Source: Octopus sinensis
Taxonomy: Eukaryota
Direction of reading: 5' to 3'
Assembly: GCF_006345805.1 (NCBI RefSeq)
Contig: NC_043004.1
Location: 51,646,001 to 51,710,000 of the forward strand
Length of the DNA: 64,000 nt
In this document: one piece after another, positions 47,766 to 60,180 of the stretch
Layout of the letters: each line of letters begins with the position of its first letter
Numbering within the stretch: the first letter of the stretch is position 1
Made by a program: the position numbers and the translations under genes
Notes under the pieces: generated by a model
What the model saw: the letters and a program-made list of their open reading frames with translations, nothing else
Database searches by the model: none
What the model was told of the DNA's origin: nothing

Positions 47766-49520
47766 TAGAATATAGATTAACATGAAATTATGAGGAAAGT
47801 TTTTAATTTACATAACTTTAACCCTTTAATCTTCAGATCTCTGTCAAATGTGGTGCTTATTCATTCACATTGCTTTGTATTAATTGTGTAGCTTTGAGAT
47901 TTCTATGATGTGATTGTATACTCTTAAAATGATATTTTAAGGTAAGCATGAGAAGCATTATGTTTGACAGAATTATTTGAAGGTTAAAGGTTTAAGCACT
48001 TGGATAAAATCTGGCACCTTTCTTGAATTCTGCCTCTGTCCCCACTTTTTTTTTTTTTTTGCAGCCACCATCCTGCACTTGTTTACACTAAGCAACAGTC
48101 ACAACAAGTGAAGAGGTCTGATAGAGGAAGGAGGGAAAGAAGGGGTGTACAAATGTCATGGTCATGCCTCTTAACTTATTGATGTAGACATAACATGATA
48201 TCGTTATCCAATGTTTCTCTATTAGTATGCAAGGTCATGACCTACATTATCACATCATTATTTACTCCAGCTGTTGTGAATATGCATGACATAACTGCAC
48301 CACAGTACATGCCCCCCACACACACACACACGCCTCCATAAAGTAATCTGTTAACTTGACAATAAACATATCCAGCCTTTGTCTATAGATCATTTGGGAG
48401 ATGAAGACCTATTGTATTTCTCTTGATGTCGACTGAGGTTGTGTCATTCACCAAGCATGTGACGTAATCTTTTAGCTATGAAGACCATGTAATTCACTTG
48501 ATTTGCTGGAAACAACAGCCACATAGCCCACAGATAACACTCTACAGCCTTGAAAAAAGAAAGGACACATTAGAAAATGTAGTTTTTGAGACACTGTATG
48601 TCTGAATAAAAGAGGGGATTGTCACTGGTGGATCATCTTTGATTGGAACAAGGCTGACAGGGGCCCAAACAGTAAATATTGCTAATTATATCAATGAAGG
48701 TATCTTTATGTGATCACTAACCTTACCAGCAATTGCAGCCAAATCTCCCTCAGACAACACTCAACTGTCTTAAATAAGAATACATCATCACCATCATCCT
48801 CATCATCGTTTAACATTTGCCTTCCATGCCAATATTGGACAGTATGCCAGGGTTGGACAGTTTGACAAAAGCTGGCCTGTGATGTTTTGGCATGGTTTTT
48901 TACTACAGAATGCCCTTCCTATTATCATCCACCCAGCAGAATGGACAGCTCAATCCTAGATGCACTGATAGAATAAAATATATAGGATGGGCATAACTGG
49001 AATGCTTTCGATAATAGGCCTGTGGTTCAGAGCTGAACTGGGACTGAACAATTCCTGTTGGGTGTCCATAAATGTACTTAGTCATGGGGTGGAGATTGTT
49101 TTAGGCTCAAAGCCCAGTTGCTGTACATACGTGCCATCAAAATGTTCATATTCTTCCAATGCTTCTTGGACCCTGCATACACAACAGGTTTCCATACAGT
49201 TTGTTTACCAAATTTACACACATGGTTGGCCTGGGACTATAGTAGAAGACACCCCTCCAAGGTGTTTCATGGTGGAACTGAACCTGAAACAACATGGTTG
49301 CAAAGCAAGCTTCTTGACCACACAGACATGCCTGCACTTTCCAAGTTATCTCATCTCCCATTGACTCATATATATCAAATGTGTTGTGACAATAAGTAAG
49401 TGAGATTAATTATATATGATATTTCACAGCATTTTTAATGTTTAGTTTGATCTGTTGATCAGTTGTTTATAACTGTGGATAGTGCTTAATTCTTGGTTTC
49501 TCTAGCATTAAGTAGATGTT

Positions 49521-49906
49521 TACTCTTTTACTTGTTTCACTCATTTGACTGTGGCCATGCTGGAGCACCGCCTTTAATCGAGAAACTCGACCCCGGGACT
49601 TATTCTTTGTATGCCCAGAACTTATTCTATCGGTCTCTTTTGCCGAACCGTTAAGTAACGGGGACATAAACACACCAGCACCGGTTGTCAAGCAATGCTA
49701 GGGGGACAAACACACACACATACATACATAGATACATATATACGACAGGCTTCTTTCAGTTTCCGTCTACCAAATCCACTCAGAAGGCTTTGGTCAGCCC
49801 CAGGCTATAGTAGAAGACACTAGCCCAAGGTGCCACGCAGTGGGACTGAACCCGGAACCATGTGGTTTGTAAGCAAGCTACTTACCACACAGCCACTCCT
49901 GCGCCT
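49521..49906 (-). mobile_element. SINE family A, full length
   Basis: Same consensus as other copies. Confidence 0.9.
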
Positions 49907-50208
49907 ATTGGCAAATTTTCCACAAGAAAGGATGCATTTTTATTGCATACACCTGTTCCTGTAAGGTGAAATACTGCTAAGCATTTCGCCTGGCGTGCTA
50001 ATGTTTCTGCCAGCTCACCGCCTAGTGGCAGCTATCAATCATGGACACAGTATAATGAACTGTACCATATTGTGATACCTACTTACACCTTGGTGAACTA
50101 AAATTTTGACTGTTAAGTTTCTTGGTCATGGACACAGTACAGTGAACTATACCACATTGGCGTGGCTACTTACTGCTAGGTAGGCTGAGCTGTTGACTGA
50201 TAAGTACC

Positions 50209-50442
50209 TATTTCTTTACTACCCACAAGGGGCTAAACACAGAGAGGACAAACAAGGACAGACAAACGGATTAAGTCGACTATACTGACCCCAGTGCGTA
50301 ACTGGTACTTATTTAATCGACCCCGAAAGGATGAAAGGCAAAGTTGACCTCGGCGGAATTTGAACTCAGAATGTGGTAATGACAGACGAAATACCGCTAA
50401 GTATTTCGCCCAGCGTGCTAACGTTTCTGCCAGCTCACCGCC
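50209..50442 (-). mobile_element. SINE family B
   Basis: 12-bp TSD CTGATAAGTACC (50197-208 and 50443-54). Confidence 0.92.
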
Positions 50443-50574
50443 CTGATAAGTACCATGGTCATAGACACAATATATGGATTTACGAGGGAGTGCTGAAAAG
50501 TTTCCCCTCAGATTCATTCACTTATTGCAGCGATCCTTCAGTTTTTCTAATCCCCTGTAAAAGAACCTTTCGTG

Positions 50575-50698
50575 ATACCTTTGGTCAGCCCCAGACTATA
50601 GTAGAAGACACTTGCCCAAGATGCCACGCAGTGGGACTGAACCCGGAACCATGTGGTTGGTTAGCAAGCTACTTAACACACAGCCACTCCTGCGCCTA
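50575..50698 (-). mobile_element. SINE family A head fragment just upstream of the GLDC exon-3 acceptor
   Basis: Head half only. Confidence 0.85.
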
Positions 50699-50748
50699 TA
50701 TATATATATATATATATTATTTATTTTCATTTGCTTTGTTTGTTTCAG

Positions 50749-50884
50749 GAGAAAGCCAGGCTCTGCAAAAATTACAAGAAATTGCTCAGAAGAATGCGGT
50801 ATGGAAGAACTACATTGGCATGGGTTACTATAACACACACATGCCATATACCATCATGAGAAACTTGTTTGAAAATGTAGGATG
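50749..50884 (+). CDS. GLDC: GLDC exon (human exon 3 equivalent): [45 protein letters not shown]
   Basis: tgtttcag acceptor, GTATGT donor, 136 bp. Contains the GcvP hallmark YIGMGYY and RNLxEN.GW. Confidence 0.97.
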
Positions 50885-51153
50885 GTATGTATGTCTTGGA
50901 ACAATAATCTCTGTAAGAAGCGGTAAAGAATGTTAACATTTTGCTAATTGATGTTGTTCCACCCAGGACAGCCATGACCCAGAAGACTTATGGTGGAAGG
51001 CTTTGTTTCTGTTGTACTTAAAAATCAGCCTTGATTTGATAGACCTTTGGTCAAAGATATTAAACCATGATCAAATTCACATTTGGTTTTGGCATTATCT
51101 ATCTAGGAGTACATTATTCAGTATGTCTTTATTTTTTTTTTTTATAAGACACA

Positions 51154-51566
51154 TACTCTTTTACTCTTTTACTTGTTTCAGTCATTTGACTGCGGCCATG
51201 CTGGAGCACCGCCTTTAGTCGACCAAATCGACCCTGGGACTTATTCTTTGTAAGCCCAGTACTTATTCTATCGGTCTCTTTTGCCGAACCACTAAGTGAC
51301 GGGGACGTAAACACACCAGCATCAGTTGTCAAGCAATGCTAAGGAGACAGACACAGACACACAAACATACACGCACACACATATATATATATATACATAT
51401 ATACGACAGGCTTCTTTCAGTTTCCGTCTACCAAATCCACTCACAAGGCATTGGTCGGCCCAGGGCTATAGTAGAAGACACTTGCCCAAGATGCCACGCA
51501 GTGAGACTGAACCCGGAACCATGTGGTTGGTAAGCAAGCTACTTACCACACAGCCACTCCTGTACC
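51154..51566 (-). mobile_element. SINE family A with ~30-bp flanking duplication
   Basis: Full copy. TATGTCTTTA(T)nATAAGA(C/T)AC occurs on both sides. Confidence 0.88.
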
Positions 51567-52039
51567 TTTATTTTTATATGTCTTTATTTTTTTTTTATAA
51601 GATACTTGGGTGTAATTTGAGGGAGGTTTGGTTACTGTTTTTCTACCAGGTCATACAACCACATAGGGATTCTTGTGCTGGCTTATTGAGGGTGTGAGTG
51701 ACGATGGCCTAAGATTGAATCTAGGCATTGACAAGAACAATCTGAGTAGTCTCTTCCAGAGGACCTTCCGGTTGAATATCTCTTTGGCTTGGCAGTGCTA
51801 CAGAGGGGCATTGCCCATTCAAGACAAGCTCTTCAGGTATGGAAGGCCAACAGCCAAACCTGCCCAAGATACTTGCTGCGGGGTGAAACTGTTTTGCATG
51901 CAATAATTCAGTGTCTGTGCATTAGAGAGTTGTGAGATTGTGTGGAGCAGCTGTTGTTGCACGTGAGACAAATTCTGCCTGGTGTACAGTGAAGATTGGC
52001 ACACCACCTTCCCTTAACAGAGAAGGAAGGCAGGTTGGC

Positions 52040-52263
52040 AAGCTGGCAGAATCGTTAGCACGCCGGGCGAATTACTTAACGGTATTTCATCTATCAATAT
52101 GTTCTGAGTTCAAATTCCGCCGAGGTCGACTTTGCCTTTCATCCTTTCGAGGTCGATTAAATAAGTACCAGTTACGCACTGGGGTCGATATAGTCGACTT
52201 AATCCATTTGTCTGTCCTTGTTTGTCCTCTCCGTGTTTAGCCCCTTGTAGGTAGTAAAGAAAT
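52040..52263 (+). mobile_element. SINE family B
   Basis: Full copy ending GTAGTAAAGAAAT. Confidence 0.9.
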
Positions 52264-52759
52264 AGGTTGTTCTCGGCTTAGTGGCTGTGGAAAAAGAGTT
52301 TATGTGGTGGACTTGTCTGAAAGGTTTGAAGACGGGCACATTCCTATCTGGTGAAGCCCTCATCGATTTCTTCAAATAAGTAGGTATGGATAGAGAGGGA
52401 GGTGCTACCTTCTAGTGTGATTATCAAAAGGTAGTTGACAATGGCAAGACTGGTGAAACTGAATGGATCTACTCTGAATATGCTTTTCAAGGCAGAAAGA
52501 AACTGGAAGAGGGTACTTTCCCATGCTTTGGAGATGGCAGAGTAATCTAGGATTTTTGTTGGGGTTTTACTCTGGATTACCCTAAGTGGACTACTCCACT
52601 ATTGGGGATTCTGTTTATTTATTTATTTATTATTTATATCTCCACTTTCTGTTATATATCTTCTGTTATATCCTTTAATGTAGTAGCATCTCACTTTGAT
52701 TGATGTTTTTCTGATTTTTTTGATTTTTTGTGCTGTAACTCATCCTTTGTGTATGGCTA

Positions 52760-53030
52760 CATGTGGACGAAAATGGCATACCATTAGTGAACCTCGATTA
52801 TAACAGGTATATGGGTGGTGTAGATTGGCTGAATCAGATGATGTCTTACTATCCAGTTGGCAGACCGGGGAATAAATGGTGGCGATACCTGGTTTGGTAT
52901 TTAGAAAACATGAGTATTACTAATGCATTTATACTATATACCAAATTGGGACTGACTCAAAAGCGATGCGACCATCTGCAGTTCCGAGCAGATACAGCAA
53001 CACAACTAAGAGCTGGTTATTCCTCAAAAA
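52760..53030 (+). mobile_element. piggyBac transposase remnant
   Basis: DYNRYMGGVDWLNQMMSYY...KWWRYLVWYLENMSITNAFILY matches the piggyBac YNxxMGGVD motif. Confidence 0.85.
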
Positions 53031-53040
53031 AAAAAAAAAA

Positions 53041-53560
53041 CTATTGGCGCATGAGAGAGTTCGATGCAGCTGCCCTCATCTGCACCTCCTGCTGTGAAGT
53101 TGGTTCATCTGGGACACCTGACAAGAAGAGATCCAGTTTCATTTTAAAGACATCTGCATCCACCCCATGCAGGTCTCTTAGGTTCTTCGGGAGGATATTG
53201 AAGAGCTGTGGGCCTCGGAAGCCCAGGCTATCGCAGTATCTTGTCCTACATCTTGATGGCAAATTTGGAGTCCTTGGCACTATGCAGTGGCGCCCAGTTC
53301 TGGCATTTGTGTAACTCTCAGTGCCAAAGTTTGGGACAAGTCCTTCTAGGATCTTCCAGATGTATATTATGGCATATCTTTCTTGCCTATGCTCTAAGGA
53401 ATAGAGTCTCAATCTCTTGAGTCTTTCCCAATAGCTTATATGCTGCACAGAGGCTATCTTCTTTGTGTAGCTTCGTTAGATCGTCTCAAGTTCTGTGATT
53501 AACTTGACACTGGATGGTGACCATAGCTGAGAGCAATAGAGTATAGAATTGGTTGAGAAC
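53041..53560 (-). mobile_element. CR1/L2-group LINE 3' fragment (similar to 6745-7830)
   Basis: LKRLRLYSLEHRQERYAIIYIWKILEG...GPQLFNILP. Confidence 0.88.
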
Positions 53561-54325
53561 CTTTCATTAAATTATCTTCCAAAAATCACGTTAATATGTT
53601 GACAAATAAAAAAAATTAGAGTTGTTTAATGAAACCAGACTAAATTTATGATTATGTTAGAAATTAATTCAAACACATAAGGGGGTGTATTTTAGTTAGA
53701 AATACAGTAAAAAAAAAGTGAAAGAAAAATTATGAATACACAAATTGTAGGAAACAAAAATTGACAGCAACAACCACAGTACATTTGAATGTGTTTTGTC
53801 AAATGTAAGTATGGTGAATACTAATGAAGCTGGTAAAACAGCGATCACTGGCCAGCAGATTTTTCATGGCACAATACGGGCAGATGAATCCTTATTTAGT
53901 TGGATGGGAGCACTATTGATATACAAGTCCTAATGATGTCACAAGGTCACAGAACAATACCAGCATTGTACCCTGTAGAGGGTTCTGTGAGGGAAGATTA
54001 TGAAGCTTTGAATCTGGAGTAGGAAGCCCTGCTGCTACATATTTAGCAGTAAAAGCCATTTCTACCTAGAAGAACCTTTATATTCTGAGTCCAGATGCTG
54101 AGGTTGACTTTGCCTTTCATCCTTCTGAGCTTGAAGCGTTTGTTGAATTAATTACATCAACCCCCAGTACCCCACTGGTACTTATTTTATCAACTCCGAA
54201 AGGATGAAAGACAAAGTTGACCTCAGTAGAATTTGAACTCAGAACGCAAGGACAGATAAATACTGCAACACATTTTACCCAGCATGCTAACGATTCTGCC
54301 AGCAGTAGTAGTAGCAGTAATAATA

Positions 54326-54356
<31 letters not shown>

Positions 54357-54751
54357 TGGTTTCAAATTTTGCCACAAGGGCAGCAGTTTTGGGAGAGGGG
54401 ATAAGTTGATTACATCAACCCATACTCCTACCCCAGGGTTTCACTGGTACTTAATTTATCAACCCTGAAAAGATGAAAGGCAATGTCAACCTCGGCAGAA
54501 TTTGAACTCAGAATGTAAGAATAGATGAAATACCCCAAAGCATTTTGCCCAGCATGCTAATGATTCTGCCATTTCACTGCCTTAGTGGTAGTAATAGTAG
54601 TAGTAGTAGTAGCAGCAACACCAGCAATAATCCTTCTTACTATAGGCACAACCCAACCACCTTATCAAACTGGACCTCATATTTTAATTCAAATAGAATT
54701 CTCTCTAATTGTCTGCTGTTTGATATTGAACCTCTGTCTTTCTATTACTAG

Positions 54752-54916
54752 GCTGACCCAATACACTCCGTACCAGGCTGAAATTTCACAAGGGCGACTT
54801 GAAAGCTTGACAAACTATCAAACAATGATCTCTGACATGACCGGGCTGGAGTTTTCTAATGCCTCCTTACTGGACGAGGGAACAGCAGCTGCTGAAGCTA
54901 TGACCATGTGTGTCAG
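54752..54916 (+). CDS. GLDC: GLDC exon (human exon 4 equivalent): [55 protein letters not shown]
   Basis: ttactag acceptor, GTGAGT donor, 165 bp. Contains the invariant GcvP motifs [16 protein letters not shown] and [14 protein letters not shown]. Confidence 0.99.
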
Positions 54917-55659
54917 GTGAGTAATGTTGTTATTATATGTAGTGTGGGGCAGGGGGTTGTCAGGTGTAGCAATAGTGTTTTCAGATGTGGTGATGGTGGT
55001 CTTGTCAGATGCGGTGGTTGTAGTGTTGTCAGGTGTGACAGTGGTGGTGGTTTTTAAGTGTGGTGTCTGGTGCGCAGATGTGTTACTGCTGTTGTCAGGC
55101 ATGAAAGTGATGGTGTTGTCAGGTTTTCTTGTTGCTGTCAGTTATGGTTGCAATGTTATTGAGTTCAAACACTCTTAGAAACCTTCATTTTCTGACTTCA
55201 TCTAGGACCTGAAGGTGAACAGAAGTGATGAGTGGCTCTGAGTGAATCCATGAAGGGCCCATGGTGATGAATACCAAGATTTTGTCATCTCTGATGATCT
55301 TGGTGAGCCATATATTATCTTGTCTCACTTCTTTCTGCAAGGCTTCACAGTTAATGCCATCTCTCATATAAAGGTACTAGACATGGCCATCAAACCATGG
55401 ATCAGGGCCAGGCAATGGGATTGGGCATATTCCTGTAGAACTCTGCTCTTTCCTCCCTTCCTCTCTCTTTCTCATATATAGCATCTTTCACTAGTGTGAG
55501 GAAGATGGAGAGAGAGAGAGAGAGAGAAAATGATGTATTGTAATAAAGATGGTTGATTGATGGCAGTAATAAGTGACCTGGGGATATGGAGTGATGACTG
55601 GTAGCACAGAAAAGGTGATGTGCATTAGATACAAACAAGTCCAATTTGTTGTGTAGATG

Positions 55660-56100
55660 CTTCATGATATCACTCCACAACACTCACTGCCATTCCACAC
55701 CAAAAACTACCACTTTGTAGCAATCATTGTTACTCCACATCACTCACTATCACTTCATAGCAATCATAGTAGAACACTCCCCTGCCACTTCACAGCACTC
55801 AAAGCCACTCCCCGTCACTCACTACCACTTCATAGCACTCCCCTGCCACTTCACAGCACTCAAAGCCACTCCCCGTCACTCACTACCACTTCACAGCACT
55901 CATTGCTACTCCACAGCACCCCCCCTGCCACTTCACAGCACTCAAAGCCACTCCCCGTCACTCACTACCACTTCATAGCACTCATTGCTACTCCACAGCA
56001 CCCCCCTGCCACTTCACATCACTTGAAGCCACTCCCCGTCACTCACTACCACTTCATAGCACTCCCCTGCCACTTCACAGCACTCATTGTCACTCTACAG
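55660..56100. repeat. Compound minisatellite built from CCACTTCA(C/T)AGCACTC subunits
   Basis: Near-identical ~60-80-bp blocks such as CCCCTGCCACTTCACAGCACTCAAAGCCACTCCCCGTCACTCACTACCACTTC. Confidence 0.88.
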
Positions 56101-56201
56101 TACTTGCTGCCTCTATAAAATGAGCACTTTTGCACCACTTCTGCTTCACAACACTCTCTGCCCATATCCAGTCAGTCAGTGTGTTTTTATTTCTGTTTCA
56201 G

Positions 56202-56279
56202 ACACAACAAGAGGACAAGGTTCTATGTAGATGTCAACTCTCATCCACAGACAATTGCTGTGATGGAAACCAGAGCCAG
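56202..56279 (+). CDS. GLDC: GLDC exon (human exon 5 equivalent): [26 protein letters not shown]
   Basis: ctgtttcag acceptor, GTAAGT donor, 78 bp. Contains the HPQTIAV..TRA motif and is in frame with neighbouring exons. Confidence 0.97.
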
Positions 56280-56405
56280 GTAAGTGCTGTTCCTTTCGCC
56301 ATCTCTCTGTAGGTTTATGATAATTAGTATGTGCAGGTGAGTGGGGGTGCAGCAGTGTGTACTTGTGCATGCATATTTAGCAGTGTGCATCTATGCTCTC
56401 TTTAG

Positions 56406-56811
56406 TCTTTTACTCTTTTACTTGTTTCAGTCATTTAACTGCGGCCATGCTGGAGCACCGCCTTTAATCGAGCAACTCGACCCCGGGACTTATTCTTTTG
56501 TAAGCCCAGTACTTATTCTATCAGTCTCTTTTGCCGAACTGCTAAGTAACGGGGACATAAACACACCAGCATCGGTTGTCAAGCAATGCTAGGGCGACAA
56601 ACACACTCACACAAACACACACACGCATATATACATATACATATATACGACAGGCTTCTTTCAGTTTCCGTCTACCAAATCCACTCACAAGGCTTTGGTC
56701 GGTCCGGGGCTATAGCAGAAGACACTTGCCCAAGATGCCACGCAGTGGGACTGAACCCGAAACCATGTGGCTGGTAAACAAGCTACTTACCACACAGCCA
56801 CTCCTGCGCCT
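56406..56811 (-). mobile_element. SINE family A, full length
   Basis: Same consensus as other copies. Confidence 0.9.
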
Positions 56812-57087
56812 ATGCGTACCATATTTCATATAAAATGCCTTGTTATCTTAACAGCTATAATGTTCAAGAAGATTAACACAGCGAGAGACTTTGTTACTTC
56901 CTTTCTTTCTCCTTCCTCCCCCCCACTCTCTTGCTCTCTCTCTCTCTCTCACACTTGTGGTTGGATTTTGTTTTGTTTTTTCATTGACCATATAACAATC
57001 TCAACCACCAGCAACACGCTGTTACTAACACAAGAATACTACTACTACTACCACCATCACCACTACTACTATTTCTACCACCATTAC

Positions 57088-57320
57088 CTATTTCTTTATT
57101 ACCCACAAGGGGCTAAACATAGAGGGGATAAACAAGGACAGACATAGGTATTAAGTCGATTACATCGACCCCAGTGCGTAACTGGTACTTAATTTATCGA
57201 CCCCGAAAGGATGAAAGGCAAAGTCGACCTCGGCGGAATTTGAACTCAGAACGTAACAGCAGACAAAATACCGCTAAGCATTTCGCCCGGCGCGCTAGCG
57301 TTTCTGCCAGCTCGCCACCT
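57088..57320 (-). mobile_element. SINE family B
   Basis: Full copy. Confidence 0.9.
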
Positions 57321-58939
57321 TCACACCACCACTATGAAAACGCTACTATCACCACCACCACCACCAAAAACAAAAAGAGAGTCTATGTGGTTGCTCAACT
57401 ACAAGAAATCGTAGGTAAATCTCTATGAAGTTACCCTCCTATATAAGGAAAGGACATATTGGACTGTGTAGTCTTAGATAGACATTTCAAAAATGAGATT
57501 TTCATGGTTGGAATGCTTTTGCTTATTAGATCTACTCCTTTGGGGTTGAGGCCGTTACCATTTCTTTCAGAGACTCTCCCTCCAGCTGCTCTTTTACTGC
57601 TACTTCAAACCATCATCATCATCATCATCATTACATCCACTTTTCCATGCACGCATGGGTTGAAAGAAATTTTGTTGAGGCGGATTTTCTATGACCTGAT
57701 GCCCTTCCTTGGCCAATTCACACCTGATTCCAAGTAAGGAACCGGACAGGTTTTCAAGGAAGACTGGAAATGGATACTGCTTGCATGACAATGACACTCA
57801 TTTACAACTGTCATGCAATGTCAAGGCAAGGAGGGAGATGTCATGCAATGTCAAGGCAAACATACACACACACATATGACAGGCTTCTTTTAGTTTCTGC
57901 CCACCAAATCCATTATTAAGGCTTTGGTTGGCCTGGGGCTACAGCAGAAAACACTTACCCATGGAGCCATACAGTGGGATTGAACCCGGAACCATGTGGT
58001 TGGGAAGCAAACTTCTTTTATTCATTAGAATGGCCATAAAGGCCTTACAAAGAAAGGAAGCTGCAGGCTGGGCAAAGACATAATGAAATGAAATGACAAA
58101 CGATATGATAATAATGAGGACAACAGCAACGCCCGCCGATTGCTGTTTACCCGAGCACATTGTTCTTTATAAGTACCATATTTGAGACAACAAACCTCTT
58201 ACACAGTTCAAAGCAAAACATTAATGAGGCAATAAACCTCTCACATTCGCAACACAAATTCCACTGTGAGGCAACAAACCTCTTACACAAATCAATACAA
58301 ATTCAGCAAAACAACAAAAATGAGGCACCAAGCCTCTTACTTCAATCCTTTACAACCCTTCCTGCCCAAGTAGAGTTCTCACCTCAGTCAAACACCTGGA
58401 CGGTGTCAAGTTGGGCCACTTTAATCTCTTATGATAAAAGGCAGATTTTCTCTGCCTCCCAAATAGTTCGTTTTTTATACAATTGTACAATATAGAATTT
58501 CTTCAATTGGAATTTACCTATGATTTTTCGAAGTAGATTCCATTGGGTCATGGCATATACATTTTTTCAATTTCACCCCCAATTAAGCAAAAATTCGAGA
58601 AAACTCAATATTTTACGATTTGCCTCTCTCATTTCAAATGCTTCACTCCTGCTATTACCACACACATTCTGCTACTTTCTCTCATTAATGCTTAAACCAA
58701 TCCTCAAAAAAAAAATAAAAGGAAACAGAGATCTGTCGCTACCTTTTGGTAGTATTCATTGGTGAGCGTACTTCAGTTGTCTATTGTTCAAAGAAAGAAA
58801 TTGTAAGCTAAGAAGGTGTGTGTGTAGGAAGTGAACGATAAAAATATGGCAAGAAGTGGACAGATGTACATATATACATACATACATCCATACATACATA
58901 CATGTGTGTGTATGTATGTGTATTAATGTGTGTGTGTTA

Positions 58940-59330
58940 TCTCTCTCTCTATAAAGCTGAAGTTGTCTGTGTGCAGCAGGTTTGGTAGCCTTCAACTAAC
59001 ACTATCGATCCCGAGACCCTGCGTCGCAAGTTTACCAAAATTGAGAGTATGATAGAAGAAGGGTTGCTCTTCCTTCCGTAGAAGATAAAATTCAAATTGG
59101 ACCATGTTAACACCAAAAATTATTTACATCAAAAAGGTGCTTTTTTCTTTGAAAATCCCTATTTTTTACGATTTTTTCACTGCTGTGTTGCCACTTTTCA
59201 GTGTATTTCAACCAGAAAAATGTTCACTTGAAGAGAATAACAAGCTACATAATGCAAAATTTTTACTTTTCAAAAATTCCAATTCCAGCGGGTCGAAATA
59301 AACCCGAGCAATGCCGGGCGATACTGCTAG
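58940..59330 (+). mobile_element. Non-autonomous Helitron (391 bp)
   Basis: A|TC 5' end, CCCG-AGCAATGC-CGGG hairpin at 59303-18, CTAG|T 3' end. Confidence 0.8.
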
Positions 59331-59844
59331 TACAGGATTAAAAGTGTCCTCTGAGAAGGAGTTCGTTATCCTGCACAGATCAGTTTCCCATATGACCTCT
59401 GCAGCCACCTACGAAGTCCAGTCAGGGTCCTCTGTGCAGCCCTTCCTTTTAAACTTCTTAATGAAGTCTTCTATTGTCCCTCCTTTATGGAAGAGGACCA
59501 CAAACTCCCCCTCCACTGCATGGGAGGGATCTACAGTATCCACCTTTGGTGGCACAACTCCCACCGAAGGTGCTTCAGGACATGCTGGCAGTGTGTCACA
59601 AACTGCCAGCAATGTCCCATTTTTCTTTTTTTTCCTTTTTTTTCCATGAGTTTCCAAGCAAACTTCTTACCATACAGTCACACCTGTACCAACTAAATAT
59701 CTAGCATTATCAATTAACTCCTAATATTTTTCATGTAAAAGTTTACATTGAGAGACTTAGTAGTTAATTCGTTGTTAGTTTGTAGCTAATATTGGACCTA
59801 AGTGGGGGTACCTTGCTGTGGTGTACATCAATAAAACGTGGCCA

Positions 59845-60180
59845 TGTGATAAGAAGCTTTCTTCCCAACCACATGGGTCCAGTTTCAGTCTCATTGTGTG
59901 GCACCTTGATCAAGTGTCTTCTACTATAGTCTCGGGCCAACCAAAGCCTTGTGAGTGGATTTGGTAGATGGAAACTGAAAAAAATCCATCATATATATAT
60001 ATGTGTGTGTGTGTGTTTATGTGTGTGTGATTGTAACTTAGCAGTTCAGCAAAAGAAACTGATAGAATAAGTATTAGGATTTAAAAAAAATAAGTACTTG
60101 AGTTGATACATTCGACCAAAACTACTGAAGTTGGTGCCCCAGCATGGTCGTGATCCAGTGACTGAAAACGAGTAAAAAGG
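59845..60180 (+). mobile_element. SINE family A, diverged
   Basis: Recognisable body and tail. Confidence 0.75.

Noticed and set aside
59311-59657. ORFs of 112 aa (+) and 82 aa (-) as extra exons or an antisense gene
   Set aside because: No recognisable similarity and no matching splice signals. GLDC exons 5 and 6 already join in frame.
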